64,000 bases of DNA from an uncultured Muribaculaceae bacterium (GCA_964461115.1 CAYWSX010000006.1:60892-124891), one strand, 5' to 3'. Shown: positions 9,881-18,898, counted from the stretch's first letter. Made by a program: numbers and translations. The notes: generated by a model not told the origin, from the sequence alone.

Positions 9881-11050
9881 ATGGAAACATTAGCAAATAA
9901 CGTATTTTACTGCGGTGCAAAACACCCTGACAGAGCAATTTTTGACCAGCTTATCCCTCTGCCTCAAGGAACAACTTATAATTCCTTTTTAATCATTGGG
10001 AGCGAAAAAACGGCGCTGATTGATACAATCTACCCGCCTCTTATCGTTGAATTGATTGCAACTTTGGAAAAAAATAATATTAAAGAAATCGATTACATTA
10101 TCGCCAACCACGGGGAGCAAGACCATAGCGGGGCTTTACCTGTATTAATTGAAAAATTTCCGAATGTAAAAATTGTCACAAATACAAAATGCAAAGAGCT
10201 TCTAATTGCAGAACACCATATTGAAGAAGATAGATTTATTGTGGTGCAGGATAAAGAAACACTTTCTTTGGGGGATAAAACACTGGAATTCTACCTTGCG
10301 CCGTGGGTTCATTGGCCTGACACAATGTTTACGTATTTAAAAGAAGACAAAATTCTTTTTACTTGCGATTTCTTAGGGGCACACCATACGGAAGGTGGCG
10401 TTTTTGCGGACAATTCTCCTGAACTTGAAACTTCCGCAAAAAGATACTATGCGGAAATTATGATGCCTTATAGAAATTTCAGCAAAAAATATGTTACAAC
10501 AGTTGAAGAAATCAACCCTGAAATGATTTGTCCAAGCCACGGTCCGTTGTACAAAGAACCTAAATTTATCTTGGACTTGTACAAAAAATGGACGTCTGAC
10601 GAAGTTGCAAAGAAAGTTGTTATTCCTTACGTTTCAATGTACAACAGCAGCTATGAAATGGCAGACAGACTGGCTCAAAGACTCATTAAAAACGGCATAA
10701 AAGTTGAAATGGCTGACCTTGTTCATACGGATGAGGGTGAAATTGCGATGGAAATGGTGGATGCAGCTGCAGTTGTCATGGCTTGCTCTATGGTGCTTGC
10801 GGGGCCACATCCGAAAGCGGTTTATGTTGCGTATTTGATGAACTTAATCAAGCCTAAAATGAAATTTTTCTCTATTCTTGGCTCTTACGGCTGGGGCGGA
10901 CGTCTTACCGAAACTATCGAGTCATTAATACCTATGGTTAAGGCTGAAAAACTCGAATATATTGTGATTAAAGGTAAGCCGACCGATGAAGACCTTGAAA
11001 GAGTTGATAAACTAGGTGACGAATTAGCGGAAAAAATTAACGCATTATAA
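9881..11050 (+). CDS. Flavodiiron protein (metallo-beta-lactamase-like diiron domain plus flavodoxin domain; O2/NO reductase type)
   Basis: NHGEQDHSGALP (HxExDH diiron motif) and a C-terminal flavodoxin-like domain. About 390 aa, typical of class A FDPs. Confidence 0.85.
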   Translation: METLANNVFYCGAKHPDRAIFDQLIPLPQGTTYNSFLIIGSEKTALIDTIYPPLIVELIATLEKNNIKEIDYIIANHGEQDHSGALPVLIEKFPNVKIVTNTKCKELLIAEHHIEEDRFIVVQDKETLSLGDKTLEFYLAPWVHWPDTMFTYLKEDKILFTCDFLGAHHTEGGVFADNSPELETSAKRYYAEIMMPYRNFSKKYVTTVEEINPEMICPSHGPLYKEPKFILDLYKKWTSDEVAKKVVIPYVSMYNSSYEMADRLAQRLIKNGIKVEMADLVHTDEGEIAMEMVDAAAVVMACSMVLAGPHPKAVYVAYLMNLIKPKMKFFSILGSYGWGGRLTETIESLIPMVKAEKLEYIVIKGKPTDEDLERVDKLGDELAEKINAL

Positions 11051-11053
11051 ACC

Positions 11054-11081
11054 AAAGCCCTTTTTTGATGAGGGCTTTTTA
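11054..11081 (+). terminator. Rho-independent terminator
   Basis: AAAGCCCT (11054-11061) / AGGGCTTT (11071-11078), then a T-run. Confidence 0.65.
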
Positions 11082-11110
11082 TTGACCAAAATAGCAAAAC
11101 TTGATAATAT
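11082..11110 (+). promoter_or_regulatory. Promoter of pilin-like paralog 1 (part of a conserved 5' cassette, 11082-11174)
   Basis: TTGACC (11082-11087), 17 nt, TAATAT (11105-11110). The stretch from the -35 box to the G-run is nearly identical to 17120-17211. Confidence 0.6.
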
Positions 11111-11169
11111 ATAAAAATAAGAAATTTATTATTATGGAGAAGTGTGGAAAATGGCTAAAATATTGACTT

Positions 11170-12093
11170 TTGCAGGGGGGGGGGCGACTCCTAAAAGATA
11201 AAAGTGACAAAAAATTCACTTTTTTCGGAAGTTATCTAAGTCGTATATTTTTTCCTAATTTAATCCCTCGTAAAAAAGCGTTTTCTATTGCTGAGGCAAT
11301 GATTACAATGCTCATAGTGAGTGTTGCTTTGGCAGCCATGGCGCCAGTAATGACAAAAAAGGCTCAAAATAATATGGGCGGTAATTCGAAATGGCTTTAT
11401 ACAAAAAATGGTTCTGATATCACCCGCACAGGAGGGAATGTAGGTATCGGCGTGCCTGCTAATACAAATCCTTCCGCAAAACTTCACATCAAAGACGGTA
11501 AACTATTAATTGAAAATAATTCAGCTATTTCAATTGAAATTGTTTACGATAATGACACAGCACCTGTTTTGCTGAGAAATACCAAGTACAATACGAAATT
11601 AGTAATTGGTCCGAATAATTGGGGTAATACGCTTGTTTCATATGAAAATGACAAGGTTACATCTTTTATGAATAAAAATGGAGATGTCATTGAAAGAACA
11701 GCGAGCGGGGATATAAATAAGACGATTCCTCCTGCTATGCTGGCGTTTTTTGACAGCAATTGTCCTCCCGGATGGACAAATATGGCAGATTGGGGCTGGG
11801 GTGGAAGATTTTTGAGAATAGCCGGCTGGGATAATGCTCTTGGCGTAAATACTCCTCACGGTCAGTGGCAAGATCAAGCAGTAGGCTGGCATGAACATGA
11901 TTTGAATCCTGATATACGCTCGGTAAATGTCCGCTATGGCGGTGGTGGGGGAGAGTGGAGTGTAATTCTCTCAGGAGATGTTCAATATTATGATTGGTGG
12001 GCAAGGTCAACCAGAAAAATCAAAGCTAACGGTGCAGGTGGGGCGGATAATCGTCCTCGGAATATAGCTTTAAATCTGTGCCGAAAAAATTAA
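11170..12093 (+). CDS. Type IV prepilin-like N-terminus plus tail-fibre/tail-collar-like body, paralog 1. Phase-variable; the conserved ATG at 11151 is out of frame as assembled
   Basis: ...RKKA|FSIAEAMITMLIVSVALAAMAP (F+1, E+5, hydrophobic helix). GNVGIGVPANTNPSAKLHI. PPAMLAFFDSNCPPGWT...WGGRFLR. C-terminal RPRNIALNLCRKN. ORF opens at TTG 11170 only. Confidence 0.75.
   Translation: MQGGGRLLKDKSDKKFTFFGSYLSRIFFPNLIPRKKAFSIAEAMITMLIVSVALAAMAPVMTKKAQNNMGGNSKWLYTKNGSDITRTGGNVGIGVPANTNPSAKLHIKDGKLLIENNSAISIEIVYDNDTAPVLLRNTKYNTKLVIGPNNWGNTLVSYENDKVTSFMNKNGDVIERTASGDINKTIPPAMLAFFDSNCPPGWTNMADWGWGGRFLRIAGWDNALGVNTPHGQWQDQAVGWHEHDLNPDIRSVNVRYGGGGGEWSVILSGDVQYYDWWARSTRKIKANGAGGADNRPRNIALNLCRKN
11175..11184 (+). 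repeat. G10 homopolymeric tract (putative slipped-strand phase-variation switch)
   Basis: Counted directly: gca + 10 G + cgactc. ATG 11151 + 24 nt + G10 runs into TAA at 11199-11201. G9 or G12 would restore the frame. Confidence 0.9.
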
Positions 12094-12174
12094 GCCTAAA
12101 GAAACTATTTACAAAATTCCCCCCTCATGGGTATAATAGCCATGTAATTAACCGAAAGAAATGGAGACACCATA

Positions 12175-12939
12175 ATGAACAGAATTGAAAGATTTAAAAG
12201 AGATGTTGAGGCACGTCGTGCTTTAAAAGTAATTTCAGGTATCGACAATTTTGATATCGACAGAGTTAAAAAAGTAGTTGCTGCTGCAGAGCAAGCAGGT
12301 GCAAGCGCAGTTGACGTTGCTTGCAGCGAAGAAATCGTAAATGTTGCAAGAGAAATTTCTTCTATCCCTGTATTTGTTTCATCAATCGATCCACAAGAGC
12401 TTGTACAGGCTGCTGAATGGGGCGCTGATGCTATTGAAATCGGTAACTTTGACGCTCTTTATAAAAAAGGCGTGAGAATGTCTGCAGAAGAAATTCTTTC
12501 TATCGCAAAAAGAACATTCGAACTCTTAAACGGCAGAGAAATCTATGTTTCTGCAACTGTTCCCGGACATATTGAAGTTGCAAGACAGATTTGGCTTGCT
12601 TCTGAATTGGAAAAACTCGGTGTAAATATTATCCAAACAGAAGGTGCAGCAATGATGACTTCTTCTCAAATTCAAGGCGCTAAAGGCTTGATGGAACTTG
12701 CACAGCAAAGCATTTCGAATACAATTGAACTTACAAGAAATATTACAATCCCTGTTATGACAGCTTCAGGCTTGACTACTACAACAGCTCCTATGGCATT
12801 CGCAGCAGGCGCAAGCGCTATCGGAGTAGGTTCTTGTATTAATAAACTGAACACAACTATCGAAATGGTTGCTGTTATCAGAACTTTAACAGAGCAGCTT
12901 CCTGAAAGAACTGAGAGAAGAGAATTCGCTAACGCTTAG
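12175..12939 (+). CDS. ycf23: Ycf23/DUF561 family protein
   Basis: LKVISGIDNFD..., VFVSSIDP, AIEIGNFD, IQTEG and ASGL...GASAIGVGS match my recollection of cyanobacterial/plastid Ycf23. Confidence 0.75.
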   Translation: MNRIERFKRDVEARRALKVISGIDNFDIDRVKKVVAAAEQAGASAVDVACSEEIVNVAREISSIPVFVSSIDPQELVQAAEWGADAIEIGNFDALYKKGVRMSAEEILSIAKRTFELLNGREIYVSATVPGHIEVARQIWLASELEKLGVNIIQTEGAAMMTSSQIQGAKGLMELAQQSISNTIELTRNITIPVMTASGLTTTTAPMAFAAGASAIGVGSCINKLNTTIEMVAVIRTLTEQLPERTERREFANA

Positions 12940-12955
12940 TTCAATTAATAAATTT

Positions 12956-12989
12956 AAAAGGGTCTGAAAATTATTTCAGGCTCTTTTTG
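12956..12989 (+). terminator. Rho-independent terminator
   Basis: GGGTCTGAAA / TTTCAGGCTC stem (with G-U pairs), then TTTTT. Confidence 0.55.
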
Positions 12990-13086
12990 TATTTTAGACG
13001 AGTTGAATTATATTGGTAAATAAACTTAACTTTATTTAGGGTGGTTTTCATGGTAATAATATTATTGTAGGAATGGGAATGTGCAT

Positions 13087-14145
13087 ATGGCTTTAGATAC
13101 AGATTTAATCAGAAATACTATTGAGGAAAGAGAATTACAGATTTTAAGCCCCTTGGCTGCAAAAAGCAGGCTTTCAAAAGGTCGTAAACGATCTGAAAAT
13201 CCTTGTTCGATAAGAACGGAATTTCAGCGTGACCGTGATAGAATCTTGCATTCAAAAGCTTTTCGCCGTTTGAAACACAAGACGCAGGTGTTTTTTGCGC
13301 CAAATGACGACCATTACAGAACACGTATGACTCATACTCTCGAAGTAGCGCAGGTTTCGCGTACAATTGCGCGCGCGTTGAATTTGAACGAAGATTTGGT
13401 TGAAGCTATTGCTTTGGGACATGATTTGGGGCACACGCCGTTCGGACATAGCGGGGAAAGTGCGCTGGACAGTATTATGGTCAACGGTTTCCGTCATAAC
13501 GAAAATAGTGTAAGAGTTGTGACCCTTCTTGAAGACTTGAACCTTACGGATGAGACGATTAACGGCATCTTATGCCATTCATATGCCTGGGAACCCGCTT
13601 ACACTCTTGAGGGACAGATTGTTCAGCTTGCGGACAAGATTGCATACATAAACCACGATATCGATGACTCAATCAGGGCGGGGATAATCAGACCTGAGGA
13701 TTTGCCAAAGGATTGTATGTCCTATTTTTCGCCTATCAGGCATGTGCGCTTCTCAAAAATGGTTTATAACTTGGTCGAGCACTCGATGGGCAAAGAAAAA
13801 ATTTCAATGGGTGAAGAATGCCTCGATTATATGAATAGGCTCAGAAGCTGGATGTTTGAAAATGTTTATATGGATAATGTAGCAAAAGCGGAGGAAGATA
13901 AGGCTCAACGTATGATTGAGGAGCTTTTTGAACATTATATGCAGCTGTTAAAAATATATTCTTCCAATTATGATGAAATGTTGGCTCAAAATACTGTTTG
14001 CGACTATATTTCGGGCATGACAGACAGATATATTGTTAAAAAATATACTCAAAACTTTATTCCGAAATCAATGACATCAATAGATGACGATGATTTCTTG
14101 TTCAGATATGCAAAATTGAATGGTTTAAATAATGTCAACGGCTAA
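13087..14145 (+). CDS. dgt: dGTPase-like HD-domain deoxynucleoside triphosphate triphosphohydrolase
   Basis: FQRDRDRILHSKAFRRLKHKTQVF, MTHTLEVAQVSR and GHDLGHTPFGH motifs. ATG at 13087 (GTG at 13081 also possible). Confidence 0.9.
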   Translation: MALDTDLIRNTIEERELQILSPLAAKSRLSKGRKRSENPCSIRTEFQRDRDRILHSKAFRRLKHKTQVFFAPNDDHYRTRMTHTLEVAQVSRTIARALNLNEDLVEAIALGHDLGHTPFGHSGESALDSIMVNGFRHNENSVRVVTLLEDLNLTDETINGILCHSYAWEPAYTLEGQIVQLADKIAYINHDIDDSIRAGIIRPEDLPKDCMSYFSPIRHVRFSKMVYNLVEHSMGKEKISMGEECLDYMNRLRSWMFENVYMDNVAKAEEDKAQRMIEELFEHYMQLLKIYSSNYDEMLAQNTVCDYISGMTDRYIVKKYTQNFIPKSMTSIDDDDFLFRYAKLNGLNNVNG

Positions 14146-16015
14146 TAACATAGATATAGCACAACAAATCAAAGACAAACTTGATATTGTCGATGTGATT
14201 TCAAAAACAGTGATTTTGAAGAAAAAAGGTCAAAATTATTGGGGTTTATGCCCTTTTCACAAAGAAAAATCGGCGTCTTTCAGCGTGAGCCGTTCAAAAG
14301 GTATTTATAAGTGTTTCTCATGTGGTGAGGGCGGGGACGTTTTCAGTTTTTTGATGAAAACGCAGAGCAAGACGTTTCCTGAGGTTATAAAAGATGAGGC
14401 TGCGGCTCTCGGGATAGAGCTTCCTGCGCAATTTGCGGGCTCTCCGGAAAAAAAAGAATTAAAACAACAGCTTTTGTCTGCGCTTAAAGACGCAGCAGAT
14501 TTTTATAACATGAATTTGACATCTTCTCCGAGTGCGGAAAAGGCCTTAAAATACCTTAAAGACCGAGGTCTTGAAGATGATGTTATTTCTGCGTACAAGC
14601 TCGGCTATGCGCCAAACAGCTATGATGATTTTTATAAAAGATTTGAAGGTAAGTATCCGAATAATATTCTCGAGCAGTCGGGTCTGATAATCAAGCGTGA
14701 ACGCGAAGTAGGCTTTATCGACAGGTTCCGTCACAGAATTATTATCCCGATTTTTGATGAAAACGGCAATATTGTTGCTTTTGGTGCTCGTGCACTTGAA
14801 AAAGATCAGAATCCAAAGTATCTGAACTCTCCGGAAAGCCCTGTTTACAATAAAAGTAAGGTATTATACGGACTTTATCATGCCAAAGATGCTGTTAAAG
14901 AAGAAGATGCCGCCATTATTATGGAAGGCTATTTTGATGTGATTTCTGCGCAGGCAAACGGTATTAAAAACTGCGTTGCTGCATGTGGAACATCCTTGAC
15001 ACAAGGGCATATCGGACTTATTTCGCGTTACAGCAAGTCTCGTAAAATATTTCTGGCTTTTGACACAGACGCAGCAGGTGTGAAGGCTGCACAAAGAGGT
15101 GCGGAGGTTATCAGAGAAGCGTTTACCGGATTAGGGGATATAAAACAGTTTGACGAGGTGCAAACATCTTTAAACGATGAAAAATATGCCTGCGAAATAC
15201 GTGTAATTACGCCTCCTGAAGGAAAAGACCCGGATGAATTTATTCGAGCAAACGGGGCTGAGGCTTACAAAAAATATCTGGAAAAAGCTAAATTGCTTCT
15301 GGATTTTGAGATAGATTTGGTTTTGAAAGAATACTCAAAAGACACGCCCGTAAACGAAAAGCTCAAGATTATTAAAAATCTTATCCCACTTTTAAACAGT
15401 ATTCAAAATGCGATTGCACGAAATGAGTATATGAAGGTTGCTGCAGAGAGATTGCATGTAACGGAATCTGATTTGCTCAAAGAGCTCCGTGCTGCAAGCT
15501 CTTCAGCGATTACTCCTTATGTTAAAAAAGAGGTTATTGTAAAGAAAAGTATCACTTTATCGGAAAAGGCGGAAAAAAATTTATTGTGCATGTATTTAAT
15601 AAGTAGAAGTCAGCTTCTTCCCTCTCAAATTTCAAAAATATTGCAAAACGAAGAACTTGATAACGAAACGTTAAATTATATTAAAAGTACGATTGACAAA
15701 CTCTCAAGTGAGGTAAATAATGTAGAAGAATTAATCAGTGCTCTCTATAATGCTTTTGCGGAAAATAATGAAGTTAAAAATATAATTACAGATTTAATTG
15801 AACTGGCCAAACCGTACGAAGACCTTTCGGATACGGACTTAAGGCTTGCTATCGACGAAAATCTGCAGAATATTAAAAGGTTTAAACTACGCCAAGAGCA
15901 AGAAAAGATTAGGCAGGAATACAAGCATATCGACGACGATGATGTACAAGCCGTACAAATTCAAATCGAACTTAAAGAAAAGTTAAAAAATAGGTTAAGG
16001 ACTGGAGATACTTAA
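14132..16015 (+). CDS. dnaG: DNA primase
   Basis: Zinc finger [13 protein letters not shown]...CFSCGEGGD and [12 protein letters not shown]...DTD. 14-nt overlap with dgt. Confidence 0.95.
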   Translation: MSTANNIDIAQQIKDKLDIVDVISKTVILKKKGQNYWGLCPFHKEKSASFSVSRSKGIYKCFSCGEGGDVFSFLMKTQSKTFPEVIKDEAAALGIELPAQFAGSPEKKELKQQLLSALKDAADFYNMNLTSSPSAEKALKYLKDRGLEDDVISAYKLGYAPNSYDDFYKRFEGKYPNNILEQSGLIIKREREVGFIDRFRHRIIIPIFDENGNIVAFGARALEKDQNPKYLNSPESPVYNKSKVLYGLYHAKDAVKEEDAAIIMEGYFDVISAQANGIKNCVAACGTSLTQGHIGLISRYSKSRKIFLAFDTDAAGVKAAQRGAEVIREAFTGLGDIKQFDEVQTSLNDEKYACEIRVITPPEGKDPDEFIRANGAEAYKKYLEKAKLLLDFEIDLVLKEYSKDTPVNEKLKIIKNLIPLLNSIQNAIARNEYMKVAAERLHVTESDLLKELRAASSSAITPYVKKEVIVKKSITLSEKAEKNLLCMYLISRSQLLPSQISKILQNEELDNETLNYIKSTIDKLSSEVNNVEELISALYNAFAENNEVKNIITDLIELAKPYEDLSDTDLRLAIDENLQNIKRFKLRQEQEKIRQEYKHIDDDDVQAVQIQIELKEKLKNRLRTGDT

Positions 16016-17088
16016 TGAGCAGAAAAAGAATGTCAGATGATTCAGTGGTTAGTGTTATCGATGAAAATGAAGAGCATACGGATGATATTATGGAAACAGG
16101 TACTTATGGTACCGAAGACCATGAGATTACAACCGACAACATAGATGCGATTATCAGTACCAGAAAAACAACCAATCCTATTATGGATGATATCTATTCT
16201 TCCGAAGCGGAAGAAGCCCCTCAAGAAATGATTATGCCGCGCGGTTTGGCAATTGATGACCCGGTAAGAATGTATTTACGTGAAATCGGTCGTATTAAAC
16301 TTTTAACAGCGGAAGAAGAAATCAATCTTGCCCGCAAAATTGTTGAAGGCGGTGCCGGCGGAGCGATTGCAAAAAGAAAACTCGTTCAGGCGAACTTGAG
16401 GCTGGTTGTAAGTATCGCTAAAAAATACGTAGGACGCGGAATGTTGTTCCTTGACCTTATTCAAGAAGGCAATCTGGGTCTAATCAGAGCGGCGGAAAAA
16501 TTTGACCACGAAAGAGGTTATAAGTTCTCAACTTACGCAACTTGGTGGATTAGGCAGGCAATTACACGTGCTATCGCCGACCAGGCAAGAACAATCAGAA
16601 TCCCTGTTCACATGGTTGAAACTATCAATAAATTGAAAAAAGTTACACGTAAGCTTGCTCAAGAGCTTTCAAGAAAACCTACCGAAGATGAACTTGCGAC
16701 TGAAATGAGTATTTCTATAAGCAAATTGCGCGAAATTATCAAAGTTGCTCAAGAGCCTCTTTCTCTTGAAACGCCTATCGGTAAAGAAGAAGATTCAAGA
16801 CTCGGTGATTTTATTGAAGATAAAGACGCTGACGCTCCTGTAAAAACAGTTGCTCACGAACTTTTAAGAGAAGATTTAGCTGAAGTTCTTTCAGGTCTTT
16901 CTCCTCGTGAAAGAGACGTTTTAAGACTCCGTTTCGGTATGGATGACGGACGCCAAAGAACATTGGAAGAAGTCGGACAGCTTTTTGGTGTTACTCGTGA
17001 ACGTATCAGACAAATCGAGGCAAAAGCCTTAAGAAAACTCAGACATCCAAACAGAAGCAAACGATTAAAAGAATATATCGAACAATAA
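16015..17088 (+). CDS. rpoD: RNA polymerase primary-type sigma-70 factor
   Basis: [32 protein letters not shown] and [25 protein letters not shown] overlap with dnaG. Confidence 0.95.
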   Translation: MSRKRMSDDSVVSVIDENEEHTDDIMETGTYGTEDHEITTDNIDAIISTRKTTNPIMDDIYSSEAEEAPQEMIMPRGLAIDDPVRMYLREIGRIKLLTAEEEINLARKIVEGGAGGAIAKRKLVQANLRLVVSIAKKYVGRGMLFLDLIQEGNLGLIRAAEKFDHERGYKFSTYATWWIRQAITRAIADQARTIRIPVHMVETINKLKKVTRKLAQELSRKPTEDELATEMSISISKLREIIKVAQEPLSLETPIGKEEDSRLGDFIEDKDADAPVKTVAHELLREDLAEVLSGLSPRERDVLRLRFGMDDGRQRTLEEVGQLFGVTRERIRQIEAKALRKLRHPNRSKRLKEYIEQ

Positions 17089-17091
17089 TTT

Positions 17092-17119
17092 AAAAAGGGC
17101 TTTTATTAGCCCTTTTTTA
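17092..17119 (+). terminator. Rho-independent terminator of rpoD
   Basis: AAAGGGCT / AGCCCTTT stem (17094-17115), then a T-run. Confidence 0.7.
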
Positions 17120-17148
17120 TTGACCAAAATTGCAAATCTTGATAATAT
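17120..17148 (+). promoter_or_regulatory. Promoter of pilin-like paralog 2 (conserved 5' cassette, 17120-17211)
   Basis: TTGACC (17120-17125), 17 nt, TAATAT (17143-17148). Near-identical to 11082-11174. Confidence 0.6.
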
Positions 17149-17188
17149 ATAAAAATAAGAAATTTATTATTATGGAGAAGTGTGAAAA

Positions 17189-18280
17189 ATGGCTCAAATA
17201 TTGAACTTTGCGGGGGGGGGGCAAGCTCTAAAAGATAGAAGTGATAAAAAATTCACTTTTTTCGGAAAAATATTAAAGTGCTGTTTTGTTTTATATTCTT
17301 CCTCTTCTAAAAAAGGGTTTTCAATAGCGGAAGCGATGGTCACTTTGTTAATTGTTAGTGTTGCTTTGGCTGCAATGGCACCGATAATGACAAAAAAAGC
17401 ACAAAATAGTATAGGCGGGAATTCAAAATGGATGTTTACCAAAAATGGTAATGATATTTCAAGAATAACCGGAAATGTTGGTATAAATGTGCCTGCTAAT
17501 AATAATCCTGACGCAAAACTTGAAATACGCGGAGAAAATGGAATCGTCCTTACAGTAAAAGCTTCGTCAACTTCAAACAAAGATATAATTGTTGTTCAAA
17601 AGGGCGGGAGAGAGTTGGCAAAATTTGATAAAGATGGCGTTTTGTATCTCAGTCAGGCTATGAATGTAACCAATTCGACTCAAAATACTTCGTGGAATCC
17701 TGTTACAACCTGGGACGGAAATACATGGAAAAATTCACTTCAGCGGGATGGGGGATTGTCAATTAATACGAGTGCTAATCGCCGTGTTTTTAGCGCTTTT
17801 TTGAACGGCACGGAAAGAGTGTGGATAAATTCAGACGGCTCGTCTTCGTTGGCAGGTGTCCCAACCGGTATGGTGGCATTTTTTAATTTGCAAACTTGTC
17901 CTTCGGGGTGGTCGCCTATTAACTGGCAATGGAACGGAAGGTTTCCAAGATTTTCAGGCAATTACGGTATATGTAATTGGTCAGAAAGTGACGGAAATTG
18001 TGACGGAAATGGTCAGAAAGAATGGGTAACATGGAATTGGGTAGGCAGAATGGACGGAGACGCTTCTCGCCCGATATGGGGTGAGTACGGCACTGTTAGA
18101 GGCTGGGGTGCTGATGCCCAAGGTGCTTTTTACAATGCTTGGTGGACGGGGCAAAACGGACGGTCAGATAAATCGGGTGAGGCACAACACAGAATCGGTT
18201 TTAACTCAAATCGTGCGGTTCCTACGGCAAATGAAAATAAGCCAAAATCAGTCGCATTGTTAGGCTGCCAAAGAAATTAG
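17189..18280 (+). CDS. Type IV prepilin-like N-terminus plus tail-fibre/tail-collar-like body, paralog 2. G-tract in frame (ON)
   Basis: MAQILNFAGGGQALKDRSDKKFTFFG...SSKKG|FSIAEAMVTLLIVSVALAAMAP. GNVGINVPANNNPDAKLEI. PTGMVAFFNLQTCPSGWS...WNGRFPRFSG. C-terminal KPKSVALLGCQRN. Confidence 0.85.
   Translation: MAQILNFAGGGQALKDRSDKKFTFFGKILKCCFVLYSSSSKKGFSIAEAMVTLLIVSVALAAMAPIMTKKAQNSIGGNSKWMFTKNGNDISRITGNVGINVPANNNPDAKLEIRGENGIVLTVKASSTSNKDIIVVQKGGRELAKFDKDGVLYLSQAMNVTNSTQNTSWNPVTTWDGNTWKNSLQRDGGLSINTSANRRVFSAFLNGTERVWINSDGSSSLAGVPTGMVAFFNLQTCPSGWSPINWQWNGRFPRFSGNYGICNWSESDGNCDGNGQKEWVTWNWVGRMDGDASRPIWGEYGTVRGWGADAQGAFYNAWWTGQNGRSDKSGEAQHRIGFNSNRAVPTANENKPKSVALLGCQRN
17212..17221 (+). repeat. 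G10 homopolymeric tract, in frame with ATG 17189
   Basis: Counted directly: ttt gc + 10 G + caagct, read as GCG GGG GGG GGG = AGGG. Confidence 0.9.
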
Positions 18281-18358
18281 GTTTTCTTTTATTGAATTGA
18301 CTTATTTAAAATATATTGCTAGGATAGGAAAAATAACTGTTTTTTGGAGAAATATACA

Positions 18359-18877
18359 ATGCAAGATAAGGCAAAATTTTTCAGCGAAATCAAAGGTTTT
18401 TCTATTGCTGAAGCAATGATTACAATGTTAATCGTAAGTATAGCAATGGCTGCGATGGCGCCGATTATGTCGAAGAAAATCCAATCAGACGGCAAATCTT
18501 CGGCAGTTATCCCATCCGGAATGGTTTCTTTTTTCAACTTATCGACATGTCCTAACGGTTGGTCGGCAGTAAACGGATCTTGGAATAACAGGTTCATAAG
18601 AATAGCAAATGGTGCCCGTGCGGTAGGCAGCACACAAGAAGATGCAATGCTTGATGCCAGTGGTGCGATATGGGGGATTACTTCAAAAAATTGGGCTGAT
18701 GCAAATGGAGTTTTTAGGGTAACTGCCAGCCCTGGCTCTGAAGCAAGGGGACAGGGGACAACTTGGCAAGAGCGTACTTTTGAGTTTAGATTAAGTTTTG
18801 ATCCTGCACTCGCAGGTCGAATATCTAATGAAGTCAGACCAAAAAATGTGGCATTGCTTGCCTGTCAAAAAAATTAA
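18359..18877 (+). CDS. Short type IV prepilin-like plus tail-collar-like protein, paralog 3 (short leader, no G-tract)
   Basis: MQDKAKFFSEIKG|FSIAEAMITMLIVSIAMAAMAP. PSGMVSFFNLSTCPNGWS...WNNRFIR. C-terminal RPKNVALLACQKN. GGAG lies 9 nt before ATG 18359 (the ORF track starts at TTG 18344). Confidence 0.8.
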   Translation: MQDKAKFFSEIKGFSIAEAMITMLIVSIAMAAMAPIMSKKIQSDGKSSAVIPSGMVSFFNLSTCPNGWSAVNGSWNNRFIRIANGARAVGSTQEDAMLDASGAIWGITSKNWADANGVFRVTASPGSEARGQGTTWQERTFEFRLSFDPALAGRISNEVRPKNVALLACQKN

Positions 18878-18898
18878 AAGAGCGAACTGAGAACAAAA

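Noticed and set aside
11134-11166. Conserved 10-codon mini-ORF ATGGAGAAGTGTGGAAAATGGCTAAAATATTGA (also 17172-17204 and 57691-57723)
   Set aside because: It has no Shine-Dalgarno sequence of its own. Its ATGGAG most likely is the SD (GGAG) for the ATG-GCT start 11 nt downstream, so its conservation is explained by overlap with the SD and start region. It is kept only as an alternative in the paralog 5 finding.
17194-17580. Antisense ORFs inside the pilin-like genes (17194-17580, 18319-18633, 56674-57144, 57717-57932, 11260-11487)
   Set aside because: They are reverse-complement shadows of the conserved hydrophobic prepilin segment. They lack RBS and motifs, while the sense-strand ORFs carry clear family motifs.
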